Source of the DNA: Mizuhopecten yessoensis
Lineage: Eukaryota
Reading direction: 5' to 3'
DNA length: 42,271 nucleotides
NCBI RefSeq assembly: GCF_002113885.1
Contig: NW_018480058.1
Location: forward strand, 30,541-72,811
A program made the position numbers and the translations under genes. Positions 23,520 through 36,841 of this stretch are shown one piece after another (positions within the stretch are counted from its first letter, which is position 1; every line of letters starts with the position of its first letter). The notes beneath the pieces were generated by a model that was not told where the DNA came from, did not search any database, and saw only the letters and a program-made list of their open reading frames with translations.

Positions 23520-26500
23520 GTATGGTTCAGTACATAGAGAAAACAAATTGGATAATCTGTATTTCTTTTTTTATAAGTTTATCATTTTACATGTATTGTC
23601 ATTTTTATCAAAGAGTCAAAGTCAAGAACCGTTTTATATTTTCAGATGTTTTATATTTAATGATAATCTTTCAAAAATTCCAAATAACTAATCGTTTATC
23701 GTATTTATTAAGTTTGATAAAGTGCTAACTTTAACCACAATTTGGACCTGTTTGTATAGTGGTCGACGTCATTGTCTATGTGAATATGGTGTAGGCGAGC
23801 AAGGTATTTCTCCTCGAAAAGGGCTCCGTGAAACCTTCGATCTCGTTTATATAAAGACTTGGTCGAAATCAAGTTAGCATCTACTTTTTTTCCGGTTAGT
23901 ATCCCACGTTGGACAACGCTCGGCAGCGCGGTACATACCAAGGATCGGCAATGCGGCGCTCGGTCATGATCACTTGATGATCAGCGTTTGAACCTTTGCG
24001 TCATATTTATAGAAAGTTTATTACAATGAATTCATTTTCTCATATATATAGGATCTTACATGAGTTTTCATTTCATATTAGATTTATGAAACGAGACTTT
24101 TTTCAATTTAGCGAGCCTCTGGCGAGCTAAAATGAAACATTTGTGACGAGTTTCATAAATGAAAACGAGTATAAGATCCTTTTCATCACATAATCAAGAT
24201 TAGTGGCATTTATTCGTGTAAAACGACAATTTTCATACAACAATGAAATGAAAAAAGCCGCCGTTTTGACTCCAGCGCGTAAGTTTGTGACGTCATGTAC
24301 TTGTCCTAGGCGCGACGTCACAATTGAAACAATTGAAACTTATAACTAATCACAGGGCTACTAGGTCATATTGCATGGGTTAATATGCAAAAAAAGACAT
24401 GGGTATATTCACTGGATAACACAGTACATTATGTGATAAAATATTATCTTGAAAAATCATCTAAATACAGCGCGAGGTGCCGCCGGGTTTGATCTGTAAA
24501 CACTTCAAGTACTTAAAGTACGTGTGTAAAAGCCTTCTGGGAAATTGAGGCCGCATACTGTCTACAAAAATATGATGGTTAACCCTATGGTATCGGTATT
24601 TATTACACTTTACTAGTGAAATATCATGAATTCTCCATATCTTCAATGCAGTGAATATAAACGAAATAGTATATCTTCCCAATTGAAGACGTCACTCTAA
24701 GTAGTGTCCAATCCGAACGGTATATTCTATTCTCTGCGGTGTTTTTCAGTTTCAAGTTTAGATGAAATGACGGCAGAAAAGTGGTTGTGTTGTCTACCAT
24801 TGCAGAATACATTATTGCTCTTACATAACTACACTATAAATATCATTTTTGTCTGGAAATTTTACCAGATTGTAGCAGCAAATGGCAAAATTGCCGTAAA
24901 AATCCATTCAAAATGGTTCTCTGATTTGCTGTCAAGAATGACGTCATTAGAACTTGGCGTCAAAAACTACGCTACACATTCCCGCGTTTTTCTAATGTAG
25001 CAATATTTGGGTGGTGTGACGAAAAAAAGGGGAGAAATAGACAATTCCATGGTTGTACCGTTCAATACGATATATTTATTTCACTTGTTTAAAACGAACA
25101 TATGTGTTAACAACCAAAAAAACAGCGTTGTAACGAAATGTGTCTTCGTAGCTTTCTCGTGACGTAATAACTATTATTCAAAGGTGCGGGGGACTACGAT
25201 TGACGCTTTAACCTAGAGGACGGTTGATATTTTATCCAAAAATAGTCAAATAGGTACACATTGTCAAAAGTAATATTTGCAAAAGTCGCTGCGATTTTGA
25301 CAAAAGGTATAAATGATATTTTATGTAAATTATATTATGTCCGGCTTCTCTCTCTCAGAAGCTTAAGATGACATTATTATTAAATCGTTAACAGTTATGC
25401 CTAAACGTGCGGTTAAAACTAATTAAATAATTTCGAGTATACAGGATCCGTTCTCTCGTGGTTGTTGGACTGTCAGTACGTCATTTGCATAAACAGATTT
25501 GGTGTCCAGCAGCTTTGCTGCATTTTCTTGTTTTGGTTTTTGATGCTTTGATATCTTGTTGGATTTTTTAAATAAAAACTATAATATTTATAAAATATTT
25601 AGATTTTTGGGTATTTTGAAATTTTACATAGGTGTTATACATACGGATCTTTCCCAAATTGTACGTAGAATATCATTATTAATTAGCGTGATTGCGTTTT
25701 TCGGAAAGTTAGAGTTTCTATAAAAGACGTGTTTACTGTTCCTGTTATGATGATTGCAGACATATTGTCTTTGATTAGTCTGGAGACAGCAGGTCGGATG
25801 CCACACATGGTGCGGAGATCACTGAGCCTTCCGAAGCTTTATTTTTCTCTGTTTACTGATTCTTGTCCTGTTGATGTCTCTCGTATTATTTGATCTAGCG
25901 TATCACCGATATTTTCAAATGTTTAGTTTTATTTTGTCCTTGTATGTTACTGATATACTTTAATTGCATTTTGTCCTAGCGTGTCACCGATATATCTTTA
26001 ATATTTTTAATTTCATTTTGTTCTTGTGTTTCAGTGATATTTTTTTTATCCATTTTACTTCTTATACAACACCATCAGCGAACATCTTGTATCAGAAGTA
26101 AAATTGATCGAAACAAAAATTTGAAATGATTTGCATATTTTCCCAAATTACCTTTGTCCTCTTTCCACAAAGTATCAAAATTAACATAGGGTGGTCCGAT
26201 ATGTTTTGTTTCAGTGGCTGGCTGGGCCTGTCCGAGGGGATGGGTGCCTTTCTGTAACCATTGCTATTACTTCAGCAATTCATACGAAAAACAGTCCTGG
26301 TTCCAAGCATCGGTAGGTACATTCAAATAGAAGATTCAAGCAAAATGGGATAAATATATTTGATAAAAAACCCACCTGAACATGTCTTAATCTGTCAGTA
26401 GCTTATTTCAAATTGTAGTTCATCCTGATAACAGACATTACGTACTTTAGCTGTTTTCTACGCTGATTGGCTGGTTCTGTGTGAATGGTATTTATACGCA

Positions 26501-29500
26501 AGGGTACTACCTACTTCTTGTCACTAAGTAAATGTCCCGTCCATTATTGGTGTATGACGTCACTAAGTAAATGTCCCGTCCATTGTTGGTGTATGACGTT
26601 ACTAAGTAAATGTCCCGTCCATTGTTGGTGTATGACGTCACTAAGTAAATGTCCAGTCCATTGTTGGTTTATGACGTTATTAAGTAAATGTCCCGTCCAT
26701 TATTGGTGTATGACGTCACTAAGTAAATGTCCCTTCCATTCTTGGTGTATGACGTTCCTAAGTAAATGTCCCGTCCATTGTTGTTGTATGACGTCACTAA
26801 GTAAATGTCCCTTCCATTCTTGGTGTATGACGTTACTAAGTCAATGTCCCGTCCCTTGTTGGTGTATGACGTTACTAAGTGAATGTCCCGTCCATTGTTG
26901 GTGGATGACGTTACTATGTATATGTCCCGTCCATTGTTGGTGGATGACGTTACTATGTATATGTCCCGTCCATTGTTGTTGTATGACGTCACTAAGTAAA
27001 TGTCCAGTCCATCGTTGGTTTATGACGTTATTAAGTAACTGCCCCGTCCATTATTGGTGTATGACGTCACTAAGGAAATGTCCCGTCCATTGTTGGCGTA
27101 TGACGTTACTAAGTAAATTTCCCGTCCATTGTTGGTGTATTACATTACTAAGTAAATGTCTCGTCCATTATTGGTGTATGACGTCACTAAGGAAATGTCC
27201 CGTCCATTGTTGGCGTATGACGTTACTAAGTAAATGCCCCGTCCATTGTTGGGGTATGACGTCACTAAGTAAATGGCCAGTCCATTGTTGGTTTATGACG
27301 GTATTAAGTAAATGTCCCGTCCATTCTTGGTGTATGACGTTACTAAGTATATGTCGCGTCCATTGTTGGTGTATGACGTTGCTAAGTAAATGCCCCGTCC
27401 ATTATTGGTGTATGTCGTCACTAAGTAAATGTCCCGTCCATTGTTGGGGTATGACGTTACTAAGTAAATGTCCCGTCCATTGTTGGTGTATGACACCGAC
27501 AGTGGGTGAACTACGTGTCTCCATTTCCTCGCCAAGTGACGTCACATACGAAGTGCGCTCAATTTATTGAACTTTTATTTTAATTGCAAATAACAATTTT
27601 ACAGTTGTAAATCATTCTATGTGTGTGTTAGATACAGGACGATATGACTGTATACAATTAAAACGTCAACTTCCTTAATTTAGGTTATATATAGAACTAT
27701 TTCTCCTTTCGTCGGTAAATTGGGCCTACTTCGGGTTTTGCAAAATGTTGACGATCAGCTTACGATGACAGATGGCAAACAAACTATGATGAAGTTAAAC
27801 AATGGTTATATGTCACGTGGTAAATCAAATCTGTCATTGATATCCCTTCATATAAGATTAAGGATACAGAGGCTTGCAAAAATAATAAAAAATAAATATA
27901 AACTCGTCTCATAGATCTTATATGAAGGGAAACTCATGACATATTCTCTATACATGTTTCTTTTATGCATTGAATTTAATAAGCAAGACATTTTAGTATT
28001 AACATTATAAAATACGTTGCAGTATTATTATATGTTAGAAGTTAAAGTATTATTATATGTAAGACGTCCTTGTATTATTTATACATAGGACGCTCTAGTA
28101 TTATCATATATAAGATTGTCTAGTATTATATATCCGACGTTCTTGTCGGATTTTTCTGGTCGGTTATCATATTTCAGACAAGGGAAATAATTTTGCATCG
28201 TTTCCAGAAAATATGATTTGAGTATAAATAATTGCTAAAATATTATAAAAAAAAATATAAACAGGAAATATTACTTAATAAAAATCCAGTTGATCTATGA
28301 AAATGAAGTAGATAAATAATTTATCAATGAATTTCAAGCATGCACAAAAAAAAAGCCTTCATAGGTTATCAACCCGTACAATGTTAAATGAAAACGTACA
28401 AACAGAATAAGACCATGTGTTCCTGGAGGATAACAGCCTTTTGCTGCAGACACAGCACCAGTTATGTAAAGTTTGATAAAATCCAAGTAATGTCATGTCC
28501 TTAAGGCAAGAATCAGGGCAGTGATAACGAAACAACAAACATTAATGAGCATTATCAATAAACATTCTTTATATAGCACAAAGAATATTTCCAATGAGAT
28601 CATGATGATGACCTCAACACTTTTCATCAACCTTCACCTCTCCAAACCGTGCGTTTGTCCGTCATTGTGGAAATCATGATATTCCAGACAAGCTCTTGAA
28701 CACTTAATCAACTGAGACATGTAAACAGCAATGGGGAAGCAGTAAAGTTACCATCAAGAAAGAGAAATTTCATGATCGCAAAATCATATTTTTATGTTTG
28801 AGTTAAAAAAAAAATTGACGACCAAGATTAGATTTTTAAATTGTATCTTGTATCTAACCAATTTATTCATGGATAATTCAAAATGCATTATGAGTTTATA
28901 TTTATTACCATTCTGACAGTAGTTATATATTACCTTTATTTCACACAGTATACCTGTGCTGCTGCGGGAGGGGCTCTCGTCTCATTTAATAGTCCATCGG
29001 AGTTACAGTGGGTCAAGGGATACGCCAGAAAATTATGCCGTAAGTATTTTTACGATTCAAGTTACTATGATTTCTATTCCCATTAAACAAATTACAGATA
29101 TAGAATTTACCAAACACGTAGCTTATGTACAGACACATTTTGTATATAATTTCTTAATGTTACCGTTTACTTTTTTCAGATGAGAGTTCTCCTTGATTGA
29201 TAATTACTGTGAAAAAATAAAAAATGGTCATCTGAACACTTACATAATTCCACTGAAACGTTAAATTTATTTAAAGTAACCCACAATAACTAGATATAAC
29301 CATTTGAATGGTTACATTAAACACTGCTCTGTAGAAATTGTATAGAATATGTAAAATGCCCACGTAAATCTGCGTCACGAGGGTTTGACCTACGCCAGAA
29401 TAACAAATCGTTGACGGACTATTCGGAATGGGTGGTAGGATATAACCTATTTCTTGACGAAAAGGGGTTCTAAATGAGCTAAAATGTCCATGTTTTTTTT

Positions 29501-30514
29501 AAAGAACAATGATAATGATATGTAACAGGCTTTTTATTAGCCCCTTAATCGTATGTTTTAAACTCCCCCAATGTGTCGTTTATATTTGATATGTGTTTTT
29601 ACTCCTAAATTTCTGGGGTAAACATTATTTTACAAATGTACTTCTGAAAGAGCTTAATACCATGGATCAACTGAAATGCCTATTTAAGAAGCATACCCCC
29701 TTGTTAATGCATTTCCATTATAACATTGTGTCTCTTACCACGTGTCTTACGAGTGCCTTACGTACATCTCTTTAGGGGGAGATTTCTGGCTCGGCGGAAA
29801 TGACATCAGACAAGAGGGGAAGTGGGTGTGGAATCCTTCAAACGGATTCCCTGTCAACAGAGACTGTACAGACTGGGCCAGTGGGGAACCAAACAGCTAT
29901 AAAGGTATAAACCAGGACTGTATGCTGATGTGGGCCAAGAGGGACTTCCGCTGGGACGACGAGCAGTGCCACATTCAAAGGTCGTTCATTTGTGAAAGAT
30001 ACATGGTAAATATATTTTTCGGATTATTTAGTTCGATTGAAATACTTTTGGTAATCTGTCATTGATTAGTACGATTTTGTTTGTGGTTTTTGCGATAAGT
30101 TAAAAAAGAAAACACACACAACTCATACACATACAACTCATAAAAACAAAGCACAGGCTTAATGGACCGAAACCAGGTGCTTCGATATCAAGAAAAATGT
30201 TAAGGTTCCGACTTCCTTGCTCCGGGAACCATAGCTTATTGTTCGAACGATCTATATTTTCGATAGTTTATTACATCTACTATAGAGGTATGGTTTCAAG
30301 TTTATTAAACACTTTCATTAGCTGTCTGTGATGAGGTCAGTAAAAACCATATTTTTCAACTACACATAATTTATGTACACCATCTTTTTTTTCGAAACGA
30401 TTTATTTATTTGTATAATTTCGTACTTGTTATTTTTGAAAATACAGCAATTCTTACGGAATTAACCATGATGCTGTTTTAGTTTTCAGAAAAGGTGTGCA
30501 GTTGTCGGGTGTAG
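23468..30514 (+). CDS. Secreted single-domain C-type lectin, perlucin-like (EPN/WDD), ~167 aa; exons 23468-23519, 26215-26312, 28949-29039, 29776-30005, probable 30482-30514
   Basis: Signal MNVLLMSLVFSAIMVTEVAG; CPRGW..CYYFS..SWFQAS|YTC....LVSFNS..E; FWLGGND...EGKWVW; W..GEPN..DC..WDD..C...FICE. Phases 1,0,1,0 are consistent. The last exon (FSEKVCSCRV*) is less certain; AATAAA at 30584. Confidence 0.88.
24048..24440. mobile_element. Probable non-autonomous Crypton-like interspersed repeat
   Basis: Internal inverted repeat aggatcttacatgagttttcatt / aatgaaaacgagtataagatcct around gcgagcctctggcgag, plus GACGTCA motifs. A similar fragment lies at ~20590-20790. Family recognition is from memory only. 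Confidence 0.4.
26215..26312 (+). CDS. C-type lectin exon 2
   Basis: tttcag|TG GCT GGC TGG GCC TGT CCG ... GCA TCG|gtaggt. Confidence 0.88.
26520..27495. repeat. 39-bp minisatellite TGACGTYACTAAGTAAATGTCCCGTCCATTGTTGGTGTA, ~25 copies, in lectin intron 2
   Basis: Direct reading; explains the 361-aa Cys-rich ORF. Confidence 0.95.
28400..28790 (-). mobile_element. Penelope-like retroelement remnant
   Basis: Minus strand DFAIMKFLFLDGN..AVYMSQLIKCSRACLEYHDF..GHHHDLI resembles PLE FPFL.SNIP...YGVYISQL.RYSRAC. Confidence 0.65.
28949..29039 (+). CDS. C-type lectin exon 3
   Basis: cacacag|TAT ACC TGT ... TTA TGC C|gtaagt. Confidence 0.88.
29776..30005 (+). CDS. C-type lectin exon 4 (EPN/WDD carbohydrate site)
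   Basis: ctttag|GG GGA GAT TTC TGG ... TAC ATG|gtaaat. Confidence 0.92.
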
Positions 30515-33500
30515 GAGGTTGACACGCTCACAGTATATATCAAGTACGTGTATAGGCAGAGTCACGGAATGTACCAGTAGAACAATAAAGAGTCCTGAAG
30601 ACATTATGTACTCATCTGTGTTTTCTTTTTGTCTGTTCAAGTCACTTCAGATTAACCATTTCATATCAGTTATATAGAGTGTTAGAATTGACCAACCAAG
30701 CTAGAACGAGTCTTCCTAAATCACACACTTTCCGGTTGATGTTTTATATGCCTATTTCCACCATTTGTTCAGCTTTTTGTGCAACATTATATCATACATT
30801 TTTTTACCTTGGTAAAATCTGGAATAAAGTATTAGTTTTCCATTCAATACGATATATCAGTCTGGAAATATTATCAGTTTGGAGATACACAAACAATTTA
30901 CGCATTGGTATTCATTTCCTGACAACGTGACCAGTCGGTCTTGAAACGTTGTGACACGTTTAATACATACATTATTTGTGTAAAAAGTAAAAGTTTGATA
31001 TTATTTGCTTTACATATAATGCAGATGACTGTATATTGAATATCATTATAATTGAAATGGTATGGTTTCTGTCTGGCTTTGCAATAAGTTTCTATCTAAC
31101 ACCCTAATTATAATAACAGACAAGTCTTATGTCCATTATCACATTAGTGCTAGCTTTGAATCTGAAAAGTCCGTTTTATAGTGTAACATGACTTCCATCC
31201 TATGTAAAATACATAACAATGTAACTGTTTTCTTTTTAATTCTCGGACGGGTCATCGGACAAGTCTTACTGATATATCAAGTTCGAGAACGCAATATTCC
31301 TTGTTTATTCCATATTCAGGTTTCAGGTTTGCCACGGACTTAGATCTAACTCCGTGCTTTTGCTGAGCATTTTAACCTTTTCCTTTGAGTCTCCATGACA
31401 GCGTTGATTATATTCGAAAATTTGTCAAATTGCTCAATTCTTCCATAGAAAAATTGGACTCGTCATCCGTTGTCATGACCACGGTATTCATTCGATAATA
31501 CGCAGTCGGTTATAATTTGGTTGTTGCATCACGTGACTTGAAATCGCTGGACAGAGGTCGAATTTACACTTGATGAACTCACGAAAATGTGTTGCTGTTT
31601 AAAACCACAAGTGAGCAATGTTTAATCATATTTACATCTTTATACCAAACGAGTTAATAACCGTAGTTTTAAAATCTTAGAAATGTTAGAAGCGTCTTCT
31701 GCGTGTTTCTTAATTGTTTGGTGCGTACATGTCCAATATCAGTCGTTTTGCATGAAAAAATATTTTGCAAGATATCTGTATTGAGATTGTTAATTAACAA
31801 GATTTTTTCTTTTTTTTTTAATTCAAGTGTCTTACAGAAATACATCTTTACAGCTCAAGAATCAGGAATGTCTTTTAAAAACAGTTTTCTTTGTCTGTAA
31901 AGTATATTTTACTGAATACAGCAAACCAGGAATAAAATGCTCTGGTATCTGTTACACACAAGTGTCTTTCAGATTTTTGACGTTGCATGTCACAAGCTGA
32001 TGCTAATGAAAATATTAGTTACTTATTAATATAATACATTGCATCAATAAAGTTGAGGTTAATCAGCCAGCAAGTTGTGTCATATCAAACACAGGAAGAA
32101 AACATCCATGTACATTAATGTAGAGTTATCAGAGTGGTCAGGTGTCAGGTTGATAGACCCAACAACATGTGTAGGAATCAGGAAGATTTCCTGCTTAATT
32201 CAAGATTCCTCAGATGGACCTACCGATCAGTCAACTAGGTAATGGGCTTATTTTTTTTAGCCAATCAGAATATGTGTTACAAAGAGTTGACATGATTAAC
32301 ATGTTGTCCATCAATTAAGAAAAAAAATGTGAACACATGACCAACCTTGTAAGTCCCCGCCCATCTACTATACTACATACTTATAATCAAAAATATGTAT
32401 CATCATTTTATTTTCAATTTGAAATTCAAATGCTTGGTTTGTAGGTATACTTGGAGGACCATAGCATTCTTGTCTGCAAAGTATATGTTACAAAGTGTGG
32501 CAGTAGGCCCAGACTTATTGTCTGCAAAATATATGTTACAAAGTGTGGCAGTAGGTCCAGACTTATTGTAAGTCTAGGAAAATAGAATACGTTGGTGTCT
32601 CTTACATATATAACCAAACAAGTATTTTGTGGTTGCATTACTGTTGAAGGGTGTTTTACAGAAAAAAATCTAGTGATATCTGCTGCTGGTATAATACATG
32701 TCAGTATTGCTGCTATAAGTTAAGTTGAATTTTATTATTCAAAATGGATAAACCATCTACAAACTTGTACTGATATTGCACAATTTCTTCTGCAAGGTAA
32801 AGCAAAAACTAATGTTGATATACCATTTAAGACGGCATGCAAACAGGTGCAGTTTCAATAATATTGCAAATATGAGATTCTATGTGTCCATGATGATTGC
32901 GTTGACAGCACTATGAGCCTAAGTAGCCATGGCAACAGCACTCGCCTCACTTGCAGTTTTCTCAGCTGTGGCACTGCCCTCTCGCTCATGGTATTCCATT
33001 ACTTCTCGGTCATATCTTTCCTTCTCCTGCTCGTACAAATCATAAAACACCTGTAACCCAGAACAAATACCAATAACTTTCATCACCTACAATTTAGGCC
33101 TTATGTTAAGTAGACACTATAGTCTATAACATTTGGGGAATTATAATTATATTTTGGTGTTCTGTTTTTCATTTTTAGAATAATAACTGAAACAAGTGAC
33201 ACAACAAAATGACTATACAGATGTGCTATGAATGTCCAGAAGGCAACAACTTGGGTGTGAAAATATTTCGGTTTATAATTATATCACTGTACAGTAAAAC
33301 CTCAAAATAATGGTTCTTGCGTCATAGGTCAACGTTGTACCTTAATCTTCCCTTTCTTCCTTTTTCTCACCAATTCCTTTATACATAGATCTATCAGTAT
33401 ATTGTGAAACCATTGCTGAACAAATTCTGGTAATATAGTGAGATGTTACACATGCTCTATATCTAGTAGTAATCACACAGTTTCAAGATAGTGCCTTATT

Positions 33501-34666
33501 GACACACATTTTCAGCATGTTTGTCTCAATTATTTATTAAACTTTTTGCTATAACGCAGATTTATTATATAATTCTAATAAGATAATGTAGCCCACCAGC
33601 TTAGATGATACAAGCAGCTAAAGATAATACATCAATATGTTGATCTTTGCAAGTTATCCAATCTTTTTGATTTGTCAATCCTATAGAGTTAACCACTGTG
33701 TAAACTGTAAGTAAGTACACATATTGGAAACTGGTATTTTTCTGGTATGACTATAGCTTTGATAAATCATTTCTGAAAAGAAAAACATACCTTGCAGGAC
33801 TTTCATGAGACATAATAGATAAACAAATGTTGAAATGTAAATTAACAACAGTGTTCCGAGTGCAAAAATGCAGTGGGGCCAGAAAGGGATTCACACCCTA
33901 GACTTCAAATTGTTCTACAGTCATTATTTTCAAATGAAAGATAAGGGGAGGTTACTGTATATAGGACAAACCATAGTGCAGTGGGACATGGATCCTTAAT
34001 ATGAAAATGTGTACAAGTTTTGCTACATCCTCAACTCACCCTTTTTGTTCTGGATTTAGACTGTTCCACAGGTGAGCCAATCTTTTAGTCAGCTCATGGT
34101 TTGAGATCTCTTTTTGCAGACATAAAACAATTCCATTATGTGAACAAGCTTGATCAAGTGACCAACACCAAAGTCTCACATTTACCTTGCTATAACAAAT
34201 ACACTGTAAAAGAATGTTGAGTGTGAATCACTTGGTGTCATTCATACTTAATTTCCACAATTATCATCACTAAAAGTTTGGAGAGAAAAAAAAAAGATAT
34301 TATTATCACAATAATTTTGCTCAGTTTGTCTGAAATTCAAATATTCATGATAATTTCTTTGTAATCAGCCTTCTGCATTAATTATACATAATAAATAATT
34401 ATTCTTGAGATCTTTGTGTAAATAATTATCGGCGTAACCCAATTACTTGTGAAGTATTTTGTTACTGACTTTGTGCTAGAAAGATTAATGATTCGTAGAG
34501 ATATTCAAATTTGTGATTAACTCTATATATCTCCAGCCTTCAATGGTTGAAGTTTGGTAAGATATTCCAATTCATATTTAACTATCCAAATGAATCAACA
34601 ATTGTTTAAAAGCTATCTTAATTTGTGATTAACTTCATGCATGAATGATTCATTGTCCATGATATA

Positions 34667-35040
34667 CAGTCGAACCTCGTTTTCTCGAACTCGTATAACT
34701 TGAAGACCCCGTTTAACTCGAAGTATTTCATCGGTCCCAGCCAAAACTCTTCTTAATCTTAGTAATAAAAACTCTGATAATTCGAACTCTGAAAACTCGA
34801 AAAACTCGGATATACCGAAGTGAAACATCGGTCCCAACAACATAAATCCTACATGAAAATATCTCCTACCTCGAAGTTTCTTAAGATTCACAAGTCTATC
34901 ATGTATTCTTTAATTATTTGATACATATTACACGCAGTGCTACGGTAAATATCGTTCTTATTGAGCAGCTTACGCTCGGTCATAATTACTTCGATTTAAA
35001 AATATTAGCCACACCTATGGCATTAAAATGTGTTTGACTG
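34667..35040. mobile_element. Tc1/pogo-like MITE, TA target site
   Basis: ta|CAGTCGAACCTCG with repeated aactcgaa subterminal motifs; short right end gtttgactg|ta. Confidence 0.65.
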
Positions 35041-35311
35041 TAAAAACATTGAATTATTGAATTAAATTTCTGTTAGATATTCTCCAGCAATGATTTAAAC
35101 AATACATGTCAAGATATTAAAATTTGTGATTAATATCTAGTGACATTAAGCCACAGTGATTGTGTTAAAATGATAGCTATATACATTGGGATTAACCTTG
35201 AAGTAAGCCTCCTGAACAGTCGTCCTCTGTTGCTGACAGAACAAGAGAAAGGCATTGGCAGTTTTTTTTGGATCGCTGGGATCCTTCTCCTTGTCAGACT
35301 TTGCCTTCTTG

Positions 35312-35505
35312 TGTTGATGATAGTTATGCGTTTCGTATAAATATACTAGTCTGTATTTTATATACACCGATTCTGTAATATCATGTAACCTCTATCCCAT
35401 AATACTCTCTCGTGTAATAAAGATGGCTACCTGCTAGTATTGCCTGTAACACGTGTTTGTGTTTGTGTGAGTTCTCCAGTCAGTAGAACGTCCCAGAACT
35501 CAACG
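35312..35505 (+). mobile_element. 194-bp solo-LTR-like insertion inside exon 4 of the TFPT-HMG gene
   Basis: TGTTGA...TCAACG termini, internal TATAAA and AATAAA. Splits ..GKSR / KKAK... TSD not clean. Confidence 0.6.
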
Positions 35506-36841
35506 ATTTCTGGATTTTCCAGAAGATGTAGCTGTCGGACTACCATGGGATCCAACTTCCGCCATTCCATGGGCAGCCAAGATTGGATTTATTGAAGATA
35601 AAATGTCTGCCACTGGACGCTCCTGTTTGATCTTTGGTGGCTGGGTATCTGGAATAAGCTCCCCTCCATTCTTTGTTGGTCGTATCCTTTTAAAGATCTG
35701 ATCCTCCTAGAAAATAAATTTGTTTGTTAACATGTAAATGCTTTTTAACAAATCTGCAATTGTTTATGTAACGAGGAAATCCTTCTTATATGAATTTTTT
35801 ATCAAAGTTCTGAAAGAATATGTTATCCAAAAATATAATAGTCCTCAAGTACAATGTTTGCAATAATATTAAAAATATCAATAACAAACTTACTTTTAAG
35901 CCGAGTCGATGACATACCTTTGTACAGAGAAGTTGGTGTAAAAACAATCACAAACATAAGGTGAAAGCTTGCTCAATGAACTTTTACAATGACAAGTTTT
36001 AATTTCTATTAACTAACCTCCCACATGAGGGGCACTTGTGACTCCTGATAAGAATCACCGTACTCGTCTAACTTACTGGCCAGATATCTAAAACAACAAT
36101 GTCAATCATAAGAGTACACATCACACACTCTGTGTTGTACAATATTTAATGTACCTCAAGCATTGACAAATTACTTATGATAAGCTAATTTATATAATAA
36201 TCAGCTATAACGGATAATCTTGCAATTGGATTCAAACTAAACTGTGTGATAAATGGCAAGGGTTAATATAATTTCTCATAACCAATCATTGTTAACAGAG
36301 TTCACCGATCAGGATGTGGATCCAAGGGACCAATAAAAAGCTATAGATAATGTGAATACACAATAATCAGGTAAAGTCATTGAGAAGGGGAGAAGAGAAT
36401 ATCATTTGTGATAGCTCGATGTTCCAGGCGTATTTGTGTTATTATATACATCTAAATGAGTAATGACCGAATGCTTGTGTAATGGCAAATTGGTGGTGCG
36501 AATTGGCACAAAATTCATGTGTTACTATAGCTAGGTATCATCACACTAAAACAGACTCGGGGATCAAGCTATCATATTTATCTCAACCATGGTTGTTAAT
36601 TTAAAATTGTCAACAGATATTGAAGTTTTACTGTGCCTCAGAAGAGAAGAAATCTTTAGTAAGTAAGTGAGAAATCTGTTTCTCATAGACCCATTGTTTA
36701 TGGTGTGGAAATCCTCAGTTCTAAACTTACACTGCCAATAGGTGTAATTACCAAGGCTACAAAATAAATAATTATTACGAGGTAATATGGTTCATTATTG
36801 GCCCTTTTATGGAAACAATTCCCTTCTAAATGTATTTTTAA

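Noticed and set aside
26485-27570. 361-aa Cys/His/Trp repeat ORF resembling a metal-binding or keratin-associated protein
   Set aside because: It is a stop-free 39-bp minisatellite inside lectin intron 2. Unit variation is mostly non-synonymous and there is no signal peptide or other gene context.
31240-31480. Coding-looking minus-strand stretch
   Set aside because: All frames are interrupted and I recognise no motif.
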